Assembly: GCA_013265495.1 (NCBI GenBank)
Contig: MU061578.1
Span: 5,033,308 to 5,097,307, forward strand
Direction of reading: 5' to 3'
DNA: 64,000 nt
Source of the DNA: Vicugna vicugna
Lineage: Eukaryota
Made by a program: the position numbers and the translations under genes. Below the pieces are notes generated by a model, which saw only the letters and a list, made by a program, of their open reading frames with translations, was not told where the DNA came from and made no database searches. Below, in pieces: positions 1 through 13,480 of the stretch. Every line of letters begins with the position of its first letter. The stretch's first letter is position 1.

Positions 1-739
1 CTCTGCTTTACAGAGATGGTTGATAATCTGAAGTCTGAGAGGAGGAGGACCTGTTCAGTTGAGAAAAACGGTGAAAAGCGAAGAGATGTCTTTGACTATT
101 GCAACATGTGTGGCTGTACCCCGGGGTGCCTAGACTAATACACAGAAACACGAATTAGGTAGTTTGACGGACCTCAGTGAAGGCTGGGGCTGACAATGAT
201 CATGGAAGTCTGTAAAATGAACTTTCACACAGTGATGCTATTACAATGCAAGGTGTGTACTCTGATGGCGCCTATGGGAAGAGGAAAAGAATATCTTCTC
301 ATAGTCTTGGTAGTTCCATGTGATGGACATTTGACATCTGGAGTTTTCTTCGCAGAAGGCAGCTTTTTAGTGAAAAAATGCTGAAGTTCACCGAGAAAAA
401 AATGAGTTACAGAATAAGTATCAACCTCCCGGTCAGGAAATGTTGTCTTCATCAGCTAGATTTCCCCACATGTACATGAGACTTTGCTGTCTTTACCGTC
501 ACTCATGGCAGAGATGCCCCAAGTATGGGATTCTTCACCTGAGGACAGATAGATTTGCACTGTTGAAGTGAATTTGTACCTGAACTTTTAAAGAGGCACT
601 TTATGAGAAGCCCTCTGTCTGAGTTGTTTTCCCATTTCTTTAAGTATATACCACCAACAGGGGGAGCGGTAGGAATTGGGAAGTCTGGAAATGGCCTGGC
701 TCAATTTGACATTAAGGTGAGCCAGAGGCTGTAAGAACC

Positions 740-918
740 ATTTATTGAGCACTTACTTTAAGGCAGGGACTTTGCAAGATAGCTCACATGGTGTTGCTTG
801 ACTTCTGTCTACAGTGTTGCGAGGTAGGTGTCATTCCCATTTTATAGGTGTGAAAACTGAAGTGCAGAGAGGTTAAGTACCTGCCTGGTTAATAGAGTGC
901 AATTTGAACCCCCATCTG
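740..918 (-). mobile_element. MIR SINE
   Basis: MIR core in reverse: cccattttataggtgtgaaaactgaagtgcagagaggttaagt. Confidence 0.8.
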
Positions 919-3900
919 AGCAATGGCAGAGGCCTGAGTGCCACCCTGCCCTTCAAGTGAGGAGTGCCCCCAGGGAGGATCTGCTGGGCTGCTCAGTGCA
1001 GCACTTGGCCTAAGGAGGTCTTCAGTGCCACTGCCCAGGACATCTTCTCAGGGATTGTGTATGTCCTCTGACGCTGTGCTCGGGGCAGGAGGGGCATCTT
1101 GTCATGGAAAGACAGCACACTTATTTACTTCTTTGGGCAGATGGCTGAACTCTGTGACCCCTGGAGCCTGTTTCAGCTTCATGCTGTCAGAAAGCAGCTG
1201 TTTGGAAAGAGGCTCTGGTCCCTCCTTATTTGAGGGCTGATGTTCTCAGTGGGTGAGGCTTGACTCTTTTCTTCACAAAAAAGAACTGTGCAACGATTTT
1301 GTTAAAGGTAAAATTGTCGATCAGGTAGAGTGGTTCCCTGCACACTCTAGGGTGGCTCTGTCTTTTGCAAGTATGGCTGAGTCTGTGTGGGAGGGCAGTG
1401 GGGAAGGCAGAGAACAGGGAAAGAAATGGGTTCTGATTTTCACATGCCCTTTTAGGTAGCTTCTCATTATGTGGCCTCATGCAGTGGATGCATTTCTGTC
1501 CCTGTGACGTCCCTGACAGCAGTTATGAGCTGAGTCCAGAGCTGGCAAGGTGAGGTCCCCATACTAATACAAGGTGGAAGCGTAGGTTTGTTTTACTCTT
1601 CATATGTGCGTTTTGTAAGAAGGATCACCGCAGCAGCTTGCTGAGATATGTGACCTGAAGAGAGGCCTTGGGCAGCTCTTTAAAGCAGGACTTGGCCTCT
1701 CGGCTGCCTTTAGCACAGTTTTGGGGAGCAGGAAAAGGCAGATGTGGAGTGAGTCCCCCTTTTCAATCTGTGCCCTCGTCCCTTGAGCCACTTAATGTAG
1801 GGTTTGCGTGCATGTAGGGCAAGTGTGTAATGGACAGGGAAGTGCTGCAGAAGTGCACGGGGTCAAACAGGGTCAGTCCCTTCTGATAGTGTGAGGAAAA
1901 CTGTCACAGGCACTACACTTTACCCTTCTTATGGAGTATTTTCTGTGGAAATGGACTTTGATGGAATCCCATGTGATACGTCACTTCTGTGACTGCAGAG
2001 CAAGGAGCCGCTGCTGGGGAACACCGGATGCAGAAATGATTCCCTCAGCAGGTGCCCGGGCTAGGGCCAGTGTGTGTGTGCTCTGCGCCTGCCCTGGTGA
2101 TGACAGCTGGCCAGAGGGGTGCGGAGCACAGTTGTTTTGAAGGCAAGTTCAAAGGGCAGATCACTGGGGAGGAAGTGCTGTTGTGGAAACTGTACGTTTT
2201 GGACATGTATTGTTAAGACCTTTTGGTAGTACCTTCTTCTGTAACTGGATTACACTCTTGTTTAGTGTGATACCAGACCAGACCCTTTAAAGAATTATTT
2301 GAATATGGGGAACTGGTTGTGTAGCCAGCCCCTAGATTAATCAACAGGCAAGTGCATTTTCTCAAGAGTAGTGGGAAGCATGTTCTGATGATGGTGTCTT
2401 AGAGGAGAAAGGCCTGTTGGGTTCATGGTGGTTCTTGGGGACCTGTTTTCTGTGCGTGACACTGGTTATGTTTATATAGTTGCACAAAGTCTGCTTCTGT
2501 CCTCCTGGTCTAGAAAAATTTCCTGATTTAAACTAATTTTTTCTCCGAGAAATTCCAAGTTGTTTTGAATGTATTGCGAGAGAGAGTTCATTATAAAGGA
2601 TTTACAGTTGTGAGCTTCAAATCTCTTATCAGAGCAACTGATTCAGGTTTCTGTTTAAATGGTTGGATTACGCATAGGCCCACAGAAGCGAGAACTGACA
2701 GCGCTGCAAACTCTGTGTGTGAAAAAGAGGGACAAATCTGACGTTAGCAGCCCATGACTGGGTTCATGGCCCACAGAAGAAAAAACAAGGGTGGTTTCCA
2801 TCTGCAGGCTGGTCGAGGGGCCTGATATAGGTGGGCGCATATTTCCTTGTGGCCCATTGACCTCTTCTGTCCTACGGATAGGATTGTGCTCTCTGTACCA
2901 ACCACTTGGAGCCTGCAGGGATTCAAAATATTGAAACCACAAAAGGTGTGGTTTGAAGGTATGTCTGGATGCCAAGGAAGTTAGCTCTGGAGGTCTGTGT
3001 CTTCTGCCTGTTTGCGGAGCTGGTGACAGGTCTGCCCATGTTGGAGAGGGCTGATGAAAGGCTGTGTGTGTCTCAGCAGCATTTCAGTCAGAATTCATCC
3101 GGCTAAAAGCTTAGCTTTTAACAGTGAATTCATTGTTAAAGTCTCATTCTTCAACCTGTTTTTCTTTTTTTGAATTAATTTTACTGTAGCAGGAGTTGTA
3201 TCTCAAAGTGACAGCTGAATATTGGATGCTGTCAGAGAAGATTGGTAATATTCTCAGGGAGGTTTGAAGCCTCATTGAAGTTCTCCTTAAGTGCTTTGAC
3301 CTGCAGTGGAAAGCTGTGGGGAAAGGGGCTTGGAGTTAACTTTTCCATTCTCTCTCTGTCTCCGGGAGATTGGGAGGACAGGGCTAGCAGTGGTCCTGGG
3401 AACTCTGCCTCCACCCAGGGGGAGAAGATTCACCTTGCAGACCTCAGTCGTGAACCCTATCTGAAGTGTGGTGCTTGTGGTCAGTGGTGGCATGACTGGG
3501 ACACCCTCCTGCAGTGAGGGAATTAGTTGCGTCTGGAGGGGGATTGGCCACACTGTGTTCTCCTCATGCACTCTCTCCTGGTGATGCTGAAAACATTGAC
3601 AAACTTTCTTCCTAGTTCTTCCTTTCTTGGTGAGGAAGTGAGGACTCACTGGTAGGGTCCCCAAGTTCCAATGCCCCTGTGACCTCCCCTACCTCTCCTG
3701 GCCTGTTACTTAGCTCTTCCTCCGGGGTCCCTTGGATGCCTTTGCCATGTAGCCGCTCTTCCCAGCCTGCACAGCTCCTGAGAGTGTCCAGGATGTTCTT
3801 GGTTGCCAGGTTCTCCTCTTTAGGCCCTTCCTCTTTGCTTGAAGAAATGCCCCTCAGTGGAAACCCTGCCCTGCGGCTATGAGTCCTTTTCTGGTCCGTC

Positions 3901-4645
3901 AGCTTCTTTGTGCTACTCTCCCCTTTGGTCTGCATCAGGTTTTGTTATATAGTCAATGTTGAAAACAGGTTCTGTACCTTGTTACGTATTTATCTTTCTG
4001 AACTTGGAGTCTTTAGGTTGTTGCTGTTACTCTTTTTCACGCTTTTGCCTCATGGTTCTCATACCTGGGCTTCCTGTGGCATGTTTGTCTCAAGCCTGTC
4101 TGTCTTACCATCTTTGCTGTTTATTAAGAAAAACATCCTTGAATCCTGCATATCTACTCTGACTCCCTGTGTTCAGAGCTGTATATGTTTGAGGGGTGGA
4201 AGTTCTCATAATAATAAACTGTCACTTATTTAACATCCAATATGAAACTTTCCAAACTAGGAAGTCCAGTGGTCCCATGTTCCATTTCTTCATTGTCTAA
4301 GGAAATATAATTTAAAAAGGGGATAGCCCTTTTTTCTGCATGTATGTTATACCACCTGCCTGACCATTGAAAGATTATGTTTCAAAGCCATTGGTTCCTT
4401 TTTATGCTACAGCCCTTCCTGGGAAATTTTGGTGACCCATTGTTAGGTTAAACCTGGACTAGTAAGTGTTAGTGTCGAACATACAGAATTCTGAGCTGAG
4501 GCTCTCAGTGTCGGCACTGCTGCCCTGCTGTGAGCCCTGCCATGGACCACTGTCCTCACGTGGTCAGACCCTGAGTTCCTCACCTGTAGAAGAACTGAGG
4601 TGGGTGATATGGACCCTGCTCTAGAGACAGCCGCCTCCAAGGTAG

Positions 4646-4752
4646 GGTTAGATTGGTTTGTTTATTGTTTAATAGAGGCACTGGGGATTGAACCCAGGAT
4701 GTTGTGCATGCTAGTCAGGCACTCTATCAACTAAGCTATACCCTCCCCCTCA
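4646..4752 (-). mobile_element. tRNA-Ala-derived SINE (vic-1-like, camelid)
   Basis: Reverse complement reads GGGGAGGGTATAGCTTAGTTGATAGAG...GGTTCAATCCCCAGTGCCTC with an A-rich tail; candidate TSD CCAAGG(T/C)AG at 4637 and 4753. Confidence 0.85.
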
Positions 4753-6621
4753 CCAAGGCAGTTTTTTTCCCCATCAGGAGGATTATTTTCTTGAAGATCC
4801 CTAATTAAGGATCAGGATCACCTTAGTTTCTCTGACCCAAAGCCAAGCTGCTTTTCCCTCATGGCAGAGGGACCACGGGGGAAACAACCACCCTGCTCTG
4901 CGGCCCTCTTGGCACATCTCTCTTTGCTGCTTTGGGTAAGGTCAGAGGGCTTTTCCTAGCCCTTGGCTTTGCTCTAATCTCTAAGAGTGTTCTGTCCTAA
5001 GAGGAGCGCTTGCTCCCTGAGTGGGTGCAGCTGTGCCCCTGAGTGTGAGAGGCTCCACCTTCCTGGGATGGTTGTGCAGCTGGTGGTCTTGGGGGGTGTC
5101 TCAACACTCAATGTCTGGGCAGCCCAGCTTGTCCTGGGTTTTCCTGCCATGCACCTGTGCACAGATGTGCAGTGAGTGAGTGTGAGTGAGAGAGCCACCA
5201 GGGAGGAGAGCAGGAGTGAATGTGAATTTTAGACCCAGTGTGTGCTTACACTAGGTGTAGCAGTTCTCCTTTGGGAGATGATGGGAATAGCCCAGTCTCT
5301 GGGAAGATTGCCTGAACACTGGCTCCGCTCAGGCATGTTCTTAGGGAGGTCTAACCTATAGCAGCTAGACTCTGGGAAAGCAAGTAAGTTAGCAAGCTAA
5401 CTTACTTAGCAAGCTAAGAAGCTGGATGACTGCTCATTTGCGAGGTCTTGTCATTATTAACTGGCTTCCTTCCTTGAGGGTGAGCCCTTAGCCATTCTGC
5501 TTTTTTCTCTCAGTGTGACCTGTGACTTAGCCTGGACCGGAGGCTGAGAGAATAAACTGTTCCCTCAGTGTCCAGTCTCAGCAGCTCAGTGTGTATTGCC
5601 CTCTTTTTCCATTGTTAACTCATTTTTTTCTTTGTGTAGTTTGGTATTTTTCTTTCATTGGTTTTTTTCATTGGTCAAAATTATAGTCTACTGATTGAAT
5701 ATACATAGCTGGTTATTATTAGATGTACAGGTTTTAAAATGTGTATCTAAATATAGATTTTATTTGTGAATGCATATATTCCCATGACTAAAAAAGTCCA
5801 AAAAACAAAAAACAGCAACTCCTATAACCTAAATGCCTTTTTTTTTTTTAAATCTTAGAACTCTCTTGTCCAGAAATTACTGGCATTGAGCTGTGTGTCT
5901 CTGGGGTAGAAGAGGGTGAGGATGGGCTGGTGGTGGGTTAGGAGAAGAGGCATCAACAGAAACAGGGCTCCACGCTCATGGCCTGAAGGAATTCTTGGGT
6001 GAAAAAGACCACATTTGCATCTTAGTAGGTGAGGGGCATCCTTTGTGTGCTCCCACCCCTCTGTGAGCCCCACTAACCATGGCTCTCTGCTTCAGGGGCT
6101 GAAGGGAAATGGTCAGCAACATGGCCCTTGATGTCTGAAGGGGAGGGCTGTGTCTTGCCAGGAGTGGGTGGACAGTCTTTGTGTGGCTGCTCCAGAGAGG
6201 AACACAGAAGAGTCTGGACCCAGGGTGCACTGAGCAGGGGCTTTCCTGGGACAGGCAGGCTGGAGACAGGGAAGCAGGGAAGTGGCCAAGTGTGGAGGAA
6301 GTTTGAGGAGGGACCCCTGTTTTGCATGCTGGGAAGACCAGGTGTGCTTTGATTACCTAGTACTTTCTCAGGGAGACCCACTCTGCTTCCAAACACGGAG
6401 GTCTTTTGGACAAGCTGAAGAAGGTGGTGGTATTAGGAAATTTATACTAAACGTATTCTGTGTTAGGTTTTTCCCTTTCAAATAAATTATTTTCTTTCAA
6501 TAATCATATATTTTTCAAATTAGTATTCGGTATTAACTCTGAGTCAAGTTTTAAATGACACAGGATGTTTTCAGATCCTTTAAGTCTGCTTGAAGCTATC
6601 AAAATAGCCTCTAAACAAACT

Positions 6622-7135
6622 TATTTTTTTAAAATAAACTTGATTTTGGAATAATTCTGGGTATATAGAAGAGTTGCAAAGACAACACAGAGTTCCCATA
6701 ATACCTATCATCCCACTTCCTCTAGTGTTAACATCTACACAACCCTGCCACATTTGTCTAAACTAAGACAATAACATTGGTACCATGCTATTAACTGAAC
6801 TGCAGATCTGTTTGGGATTTCATCAGTATCCCCCCAGTGTCTTCTTTCTGTTCCAGGATCCCATCCAGGGTACCACATTGCTTTTAGTTGTCTTGTCTCC
6901 TTGGTCTCCTCTGGTCTAGGACAGTTTTTCAGTCCTTCCTTGTTTTTCATGAACTTGATGCTTTTGAAGAGTACTGGTCAAGTATTTCATAGACTGTCCC
7001 TCAGCTTAGGTTTTTCTAATGTCTTTGGTGATGAAGCTAAGATTATGGGCTCAGGAAGATGCCCATGGAGGTTGGGTGCCCCTAGTGCATCCTGTCAGGG
7101 ATGCCTGATGTCCACATGATTATTACTGGCAAGGT
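6622..7135 (-). mobile_element. Old L1 (L1MC-like) 3' end fragment
   Basis: T-rich start and ...agaagagttgcaaagacaacacagagttccc...aactaagacaataacattggtacc, resembling L1MC 3'UTR as recalled. Confidence 0.7.
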
Positions 7136-10100
7136 GAAACAAGATTCGTTTTTTTTAACTGAATTATAATTAATTTGCAATGTTGTGTAAGATTAACTGG
7201 AATTAAGCCTATGGCCCTACTCTGCTCTCTGGTTCTTGCTGTTTATGTGTCATAGGATGACCACAGTATTTTTATTTTGGGAGGGACTTCATGCTTACCC
7301 AATTGGATCCTTCTGGTTTCCAGATGAAGACACTTGGGAGTTGGAGGGCTTTAGAACTGGCAGGGGGTCCAGGTGCCTGCCTGCTCTGGCCACTTTCCGC
7401 AGGCACGGACACTCCCAGGATGCTCTGCAGGGACAGAGGTGTCCCCCGGTGCAGAGTGAGCCTGAACTTGCTGATAGAAATGGTTTCTAATCAGGGGAAG
7501 GCCTGTGTCCCTCTGGAGTGTTTGGAGACTGCTATTTGTGATCTAATTAGCATTTGCTGTGATCTGCTTGGGTCCTGTGTGCTCAGTCTCTTTGTGCTTT
7601 CTTTGCAGGTAGGAGGAGAGATCTGTATCACCTGGCCTTTGTGAAAGTAGGTGGTCAGCTTTGGTATGTTCTCCTCTAAGTTATTTTCTTTCAGGTGAAG
7701 CTGCAGTGTTGTTATTGTCTAAAGGTCTTGAGTCACAGTCTACCATGTGGGCTGTTACTTTGAGGCTTTGAGATTGAATCAAGAGGAGAGTTTGAGTTTC
7801 TTCTAACCCAGAACTCAGAAGATAGGCATTTTCAGGAAAACCATGAGTTTGGTGTGTTCCCACCCATCTATAAATTCACCCCTCCAACCTCCCTTCCATA
7901 GGACCACAGCAAAAACGACAGTTATGCAGGTAGGAACTGGTAGGAAGAAAGACCAGGGAGCTGATAGAAGGGGAAAGCACTTTGAAAAATTGACTGAGGG
8001 GGTCCCTGGCAGCAGTGGAGAGGCCTCAGGGCATTGAAGGCCCTACCTAGGGCTCTGGCCTGTCCAAAAGCTGTTGGGTGTTCAGAGTTGGCTAAGGGAA
8101 GGCAAAACACAGACTGGCCTGCCTGCCTGCCCTTTTCCCCTTCCTCCTCCTCTTTTGTTTCCGGTAACTGAACTCTATATTGGTGATCGGTGGAGGTGTG
8201 GATGAATGTCATGCTAGACAAAATAGATCTTTCTCTGCACACTGATGTTGTGAAGTTCTACTGTGGGAGTTAGCCGTTAACAGTGGGACAAAGTCCCTCT
8301 GTGTCTTGCTTGGCCGTTATTGTTCCCAATAAGAAACTCTTTATTCAGAATTTGCAGATAACAAGCCTAAGAAGGGAAAACATCTGTTTATGGAGCCTTT
8401 TCAGGTATCAGGCTAGCATTCACAGTTAGAAATAAGTTGGGTCTCTCTTCTGTCATTGCAAACCATGTAAGTGTATCCTGCTGGAAGGGTGTTCATGCCA
8501 GATGACCTTTATATATATGGCCAGTGACATTCTAGGGGTTGGTTTTTGTTTTCTTTTCCTATTTCAAGGAGAGAAAAGCTTCTGAGGATTAAAAAAGAAA
8601 ACTCTTACCGCATTAATCTGGCTTTTTTTTTTTAAAAGGATAATTTATAAGGGTTATTAGAATAGCACATCACTGTGGTTATCTTTATGTGTGAAACACT
8701 GATGGAAGATAAACAAAATCCAGGCCATTTTGGGAAACTTTGACGAGTTCCTACCGGTCCCTTTGCTGCTGTCAAGAATGGTGCACCTTGCTGGGGGAGA
8801 TGCTGCAGGCCGGCAAGGACAGGTTGTAGTACACTGAGGTTGAAGGACACAAGGGGAGGAGAGGGTATAGGTGATGGGTCAGTGTCATCAAAGGGGAGGT
8901 GGCAGGGCTGCTGCAGCCACAAGAGAGGTGGGAAGCGCTGAGGATCTCCAGCCCAGTAGAAGGGAAGGCAGGGCTAGGGGGAGGGATTGAGAGGGCTGGA
9001 ACCAGAGAAAGGTTCTCATTTCATTGGAAGTACCCATGTGCTCTAGATTTTATTTTCACTTCTGACCTTTTAGTCTTGGAGTCTAAGGGAGGTTTCCTTT
9101 AAGGAGCTGGAGTTGGAAGCTGGAGGGTGGAAAAGAGGAGGCCTCAGCCAGGGTTCAGCTCCTGGGAAGAAAGGTAGCAGCTCAGTACCTGCTGGCCTCA
9201 CTGCATCACTTACTTTCAAGATAATTTACTTTTGATCAAGTTAGGTATCACTTAGATTCCCAAACTAGATTGTAGGGGAAATTGTTTGCTGAATGAATTT
9301 AATTCCCATGGGAAGCTGTGTATTTAAGTGGTGTATGATTAATGTTACTTGAGCTTAGAAACTCCATTTTTCTTAGTTGTCAACTTTAATATGTTAAATT
9401 ATTAATTTTAGGGAAACAGAAGGCAAGAGCTTGTTGATGTTATTGTTTTCTGACTAATAATAGATTTTACTGAGTAAAGCTTTTAATGCATATTCTTTCT
9501 AGGTTTTATCCGAGTTACTTGGTTGTGAAATGGAATCTTAAATATATGGATTGGATTAGTTATCTTTGGAGTGCTGCTGTTTTTTCTGATCCAGCTCAAG
9601 GATGACAGGCTTTAAAAGCAGAAATAGGATTTCCATGCTGGGCCCTCACTGATGGTTAAGGATTTCTTTCCCACACATAGGACCTGTATGTAAAATTTAT
9701 TAATTTATTTATCTGTTCATTAGCAAATACTTCTTACAGATTGCTGGTCTTTTCTGAATGAATGGACTGATGGGCCTGGAAGGAAGTTCAGAGCCTCTGT
9801 GGGCCCCACAAGTATCACCAGTGTCCAGTGAAGACTAAGTGGCCTCTGTGGTGGGAAGGCCACTGATAAGGTCCCTCAGAGGCCCCCACCCATCTAGAAC
9901 CCCTGTGCTGCATCTGCTGACCCTCCTAGGTCAGCCTTCATCCATTGCAGGCACAAGGCTAAAGGTTACAGGTAACCCACCAGAAAATCTGCCTTTCCTT
10001 CACCCAGAGGTCATCATTATTTCTTTCCTGTATTTTTAAAAATCAAATTGGGACCCTTATTGTATATCTGAGACAGTTTTGCTGTTTTCACTGAGTATTT

Positions 10101-10449
10101 TTGTGTGAGTCACTTCCAGTGGCTGCGTAGTATTCTTCTCTATGGGTGAACCATGAGTGTTGTCCTCCTGGTGGACATTTGTATAGCCATTTCTATCTTT
10201 TTGGAGCAATTTCTTAATTCGTGTTTTCATAATATAAATCTTCCTCTGAATTTGATTGTTTTGTCTAGATTCAATGTAGAGGAATTTGTCAGGTCAGAAG
10301 GACTTGAGCTTAAGGTGTGATATGATAGTGGTTATTGATTACTTCCCAGGAAGGTCCTGGCAGTTTGGGGCCCTACTTTCTTGTTCTCTAGCTAACATGG
10401 AGTATCAGCATCAGACACACCCTCTGCTAACTGGGGAGGGTTGAGAGCA

Positions 10450-10640
10450 TTGAGTTTGAATATGGTTTCACTGTTGGGCTTGTGACTGTGGACAAGGACC
10501 TGCTCTGTGCCTCAGTGTTCCCATCTATAAAAAAGGGATACCAGTGGTCCTTACCCCCAAAAGTTGTTTAGAGGACTGTGATAATATGTGTAAAATGCTC
10601 AGAAGTGTGTGTGGCAAACAGTAAGTGCTTAATAAAAGTT
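10450..10640 (+). mobile_element. MIR SINE
   Basis: ctctgtgcctcagtgttcccatctataaaaaagggata core and ...gtaagtgcttaataaa tail. Confidence 0.8.
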
Positions 10641-12424
10641 ATTTTTAGTGGTAGAGAAAGATGGCATTTCATTAATTTCCTTTTAAGCAGTATTATTTAA
10701 CGTTGTATCTGTAAGGGGTGCATATAATTATATAGAGAATTTAAAACAAACTATCATGTGCCATCACCCTGCTTTAAAAATAGGATTTTACTAGGCTCTT
10801 AGAAGCCCTCTGAGTGGCCCTCCTGATCTCCCCTCCAACCCAGTAGTAATCCTGATGTTCATGTTAATCAAATTAATGGCATGTGAAGTATACCTTTATG
10901 CAGTTCCAAAGTGCCAGGAGGAGGTAAGCAGAGCTTTGGTGTCCCTGCAAAGAGTCTGATATTTCAATGTTTCATAGTATGTTTGTGGTATGTACAAAGT
11001 TAATGTTGAAGGTACAGGTTTAGTAAAATTCAGAGACACTGTTTACCGAGTCTGCAGTCTGTTAAGCCTGAAGACTAGACTACAAAGGCAGCCCTGACTT
11101 TGTGTTCTTCCACCTGCCTCTTTCTGGGTGAGAGGCTCCAAGGAGCTGGAGAAGAGAACCGGAGGACAGATTAAGTGGCCACCCTCGGGGATCACCCACT
11201 AAATACTCTCCCTCCTCTCTTGCCCTTCTCCAGCCTGCTCCATGGAACAGCAGAAAGTCTTACTCGGGTCTTTGTTTAAATCCAGCCTCCATCCACCTGC
11301 AGCTTCAGCTCCTACATGTAGTTCCGTGCCTAGTTAAAATGAACTGCATTTTGCTGTTTGTCGCACTGTGCGAGAGCATTGCTGACCACTTGGGTCATGT
11401 GGGCCAGCTTGCCATCTGCCTGCGGTTGAAGGCTAATGTGAGCAGAGCATGTGGTGTGGTCTGTGTTACGAGCACACGCAGATGGGTGCCCAGGCCCCAA
11501 CAATCCCCTCCCATCACCTTAGGCAGTAGGCACACCTGGCCTGCCCTGTGAACATGACAGATGTACTTCACAAAGTGCTTTCGAGCTCATGTCCGTTGTG
11601 GGCGCCAAGCAGCCCATAAGGAGTGGGTCGATGTTATCAACTCATTTTATAGAAGAGTAAGTTATGGCTCAGAGAGAGTGTGGCTTACCTGTGGTTACTC
11701 AGGATTTCAGCTAAATTGGCTAGGGTCCTCAGTTTTGCTCCTTCACTGTAGTCTTGATGGTGGAGGTTTGAGGTTTGGGGAAGGTAGCAGTGGTTGCCCC
11801 TACCTCTATCAGGTTTTTTTCCTTGCTGGGCCTAGCTTTGTGGAATTTCTTGGAGAGGAGGTTCTTACCAGAATATTCTTTGCCAATGTACACCGCTGAC
11901 TTGAGAGCAGTGTCCCTTTGGGGGTGGGCTGGTTGAATTTGGCAGCCTGACATCTGCCTTTATGTGGAAGCCTAGAGAGAGGTGTCCCCCTGTGTAGTGT
12001 ATTGGTTGTATTAGTTGAGAGCCTTTCTGAGCTTCAGAGCACAGTCCGCCCAGGCAGCATTTAAAAGCAGCTTAGCTTTTCGAGTTTGGGATCCTTTCTC
12101 TTGTTGGTGGGAGCCTTAAGCTGCGTGACAGCATCTTGACCATAGAAGGCCCTGATTTTGATCTTGACTCCTCTCCTGGTGTGTTAAGGGAGCACAGCCT
12201 TTCTATATCATTTTGTATGCCTCACAGTTAAAATTGGGCCTCGTAGTACAGTATATATTTAATTTTTACTCCCAGATAAATAAAGAGATAAATTTGGAGG
12301 GGGAATAGGCTTCATTTTGGTCTTGAAGGACTTATTTTATGATCTGTTGACCCTTGGTTGGGAAAACTCAATGTGTGTCTTCTGTGTTGTTTAATCCTAA
12401 AACTACTAATAACGTACTCCCTCT

Positions 12425-12600
12425 GAGTCGACTTGAGTGCTTTGTTGAGATTAGCTCATTAAATCCTCACAGGAAGCCTCGAAGGCCCAGTTCTCCTTAT
12501 CCCTGACTATTAGGTAAAGTCTGAGCCACGGAGAGGTGATACAGTTTGTTCAAGGTCAGGTGGCTAGTGAGGAGCAGAGCTGGGATCCCAACCTGGCAGA
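12425..12600 (-). mobile_element. MIR SINE
   Basis: ctcattaaatcctcac...gagaggtga...caaggtcaggtggctagtga...gagctgggat. Confidence 0.7.
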
Positions 12601-13324
12601 GTTCTAACAGTTGGGAGATAACTTCTCTACTTGTTCTGGTAACTTGTTTGAGGCCATGACTATTTGTATGCAGAAGGTTTGCACAGTTTACTAATGATTA
12701 AGCATTTGGAACTATTCATTCTTGTGACATCATGAAGTTAGATTCTTCCTCAGCAGGTCTGCAGAAACTTTAAACTCTTAAGAGCCAAGACACTTAAAGC
12801 ATCTAGCTGTGATTGCTCACATTTGGGTAGTGTAGTTCCCCAGGTTTGAATCCTTGGCCCTGGTGCAGAGCGACAGGCTCCCCCATCAGGATAAAAGGGT
12901 TTCTCATCACACCAACACTAAGTCTAGCTTCAAACTCTCAAGCTCATTCTTCATAGGAAATCCTTGCTTAATTTGCATTTCATCTTTCCTAAAGAGATAA
13001 AGATAGACAGATAAAGATCCAGAGGGATCTGAGGGATCAGTCAACCCTTCTCACTTAAAGTTAGCTTCTCTGCCTCCTGGTGCTGACTCAGTTGCCGTTT
13101 GTTGTTTTCTTTTCTCCTTCTAATCCCTGGGGCTCAGGTAGGATTGGGCTCTTGGTAGGTGCTAAGTAAATATCTGTTAGCAAAATGAACTGATAAATTA
13201 CTTTTTATTGTAAATAACTACATTTCAAAAACAGAGGAGGAGAAACCATGAATCTCCCATCCTAACACAGCTCCTCCGAACCATTTTGGAGCAGAAAGCT
13301 TTCCTCCCTCCCTCCCTCTCTCTC

Positions 13325-13480
13325 TCTTTCTTTTTATTCAAAGATACACACTCCATAGACAGTGCAGACCATCTCAGAAGGCAAGAGAAAGGCCATGAGG
13401 TGTGGGGGTTGGGTGCTTAGTTTAAAGTAAAAGTGGATACACATTCCATAGGCAGAGTGCAAGGCCGTGTCACTCAGAAA
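13325..13480. mobile_element. Probable ERV LTR fragment with internal direct repeat
   Basis: Two copies of gatacaca(c/t)tccata(g)..cag..tgca, a pattern recalled from laurasiatherian LTRs. Confidence 0.45.

Noticed and set aside
196..452. Overlapping short ORFs at the window start as a possible processed pseudogene or PDPK1 exon 1
   Set aside because: No recognisable homology, no MARTTSQL-like sequence and no CpG island
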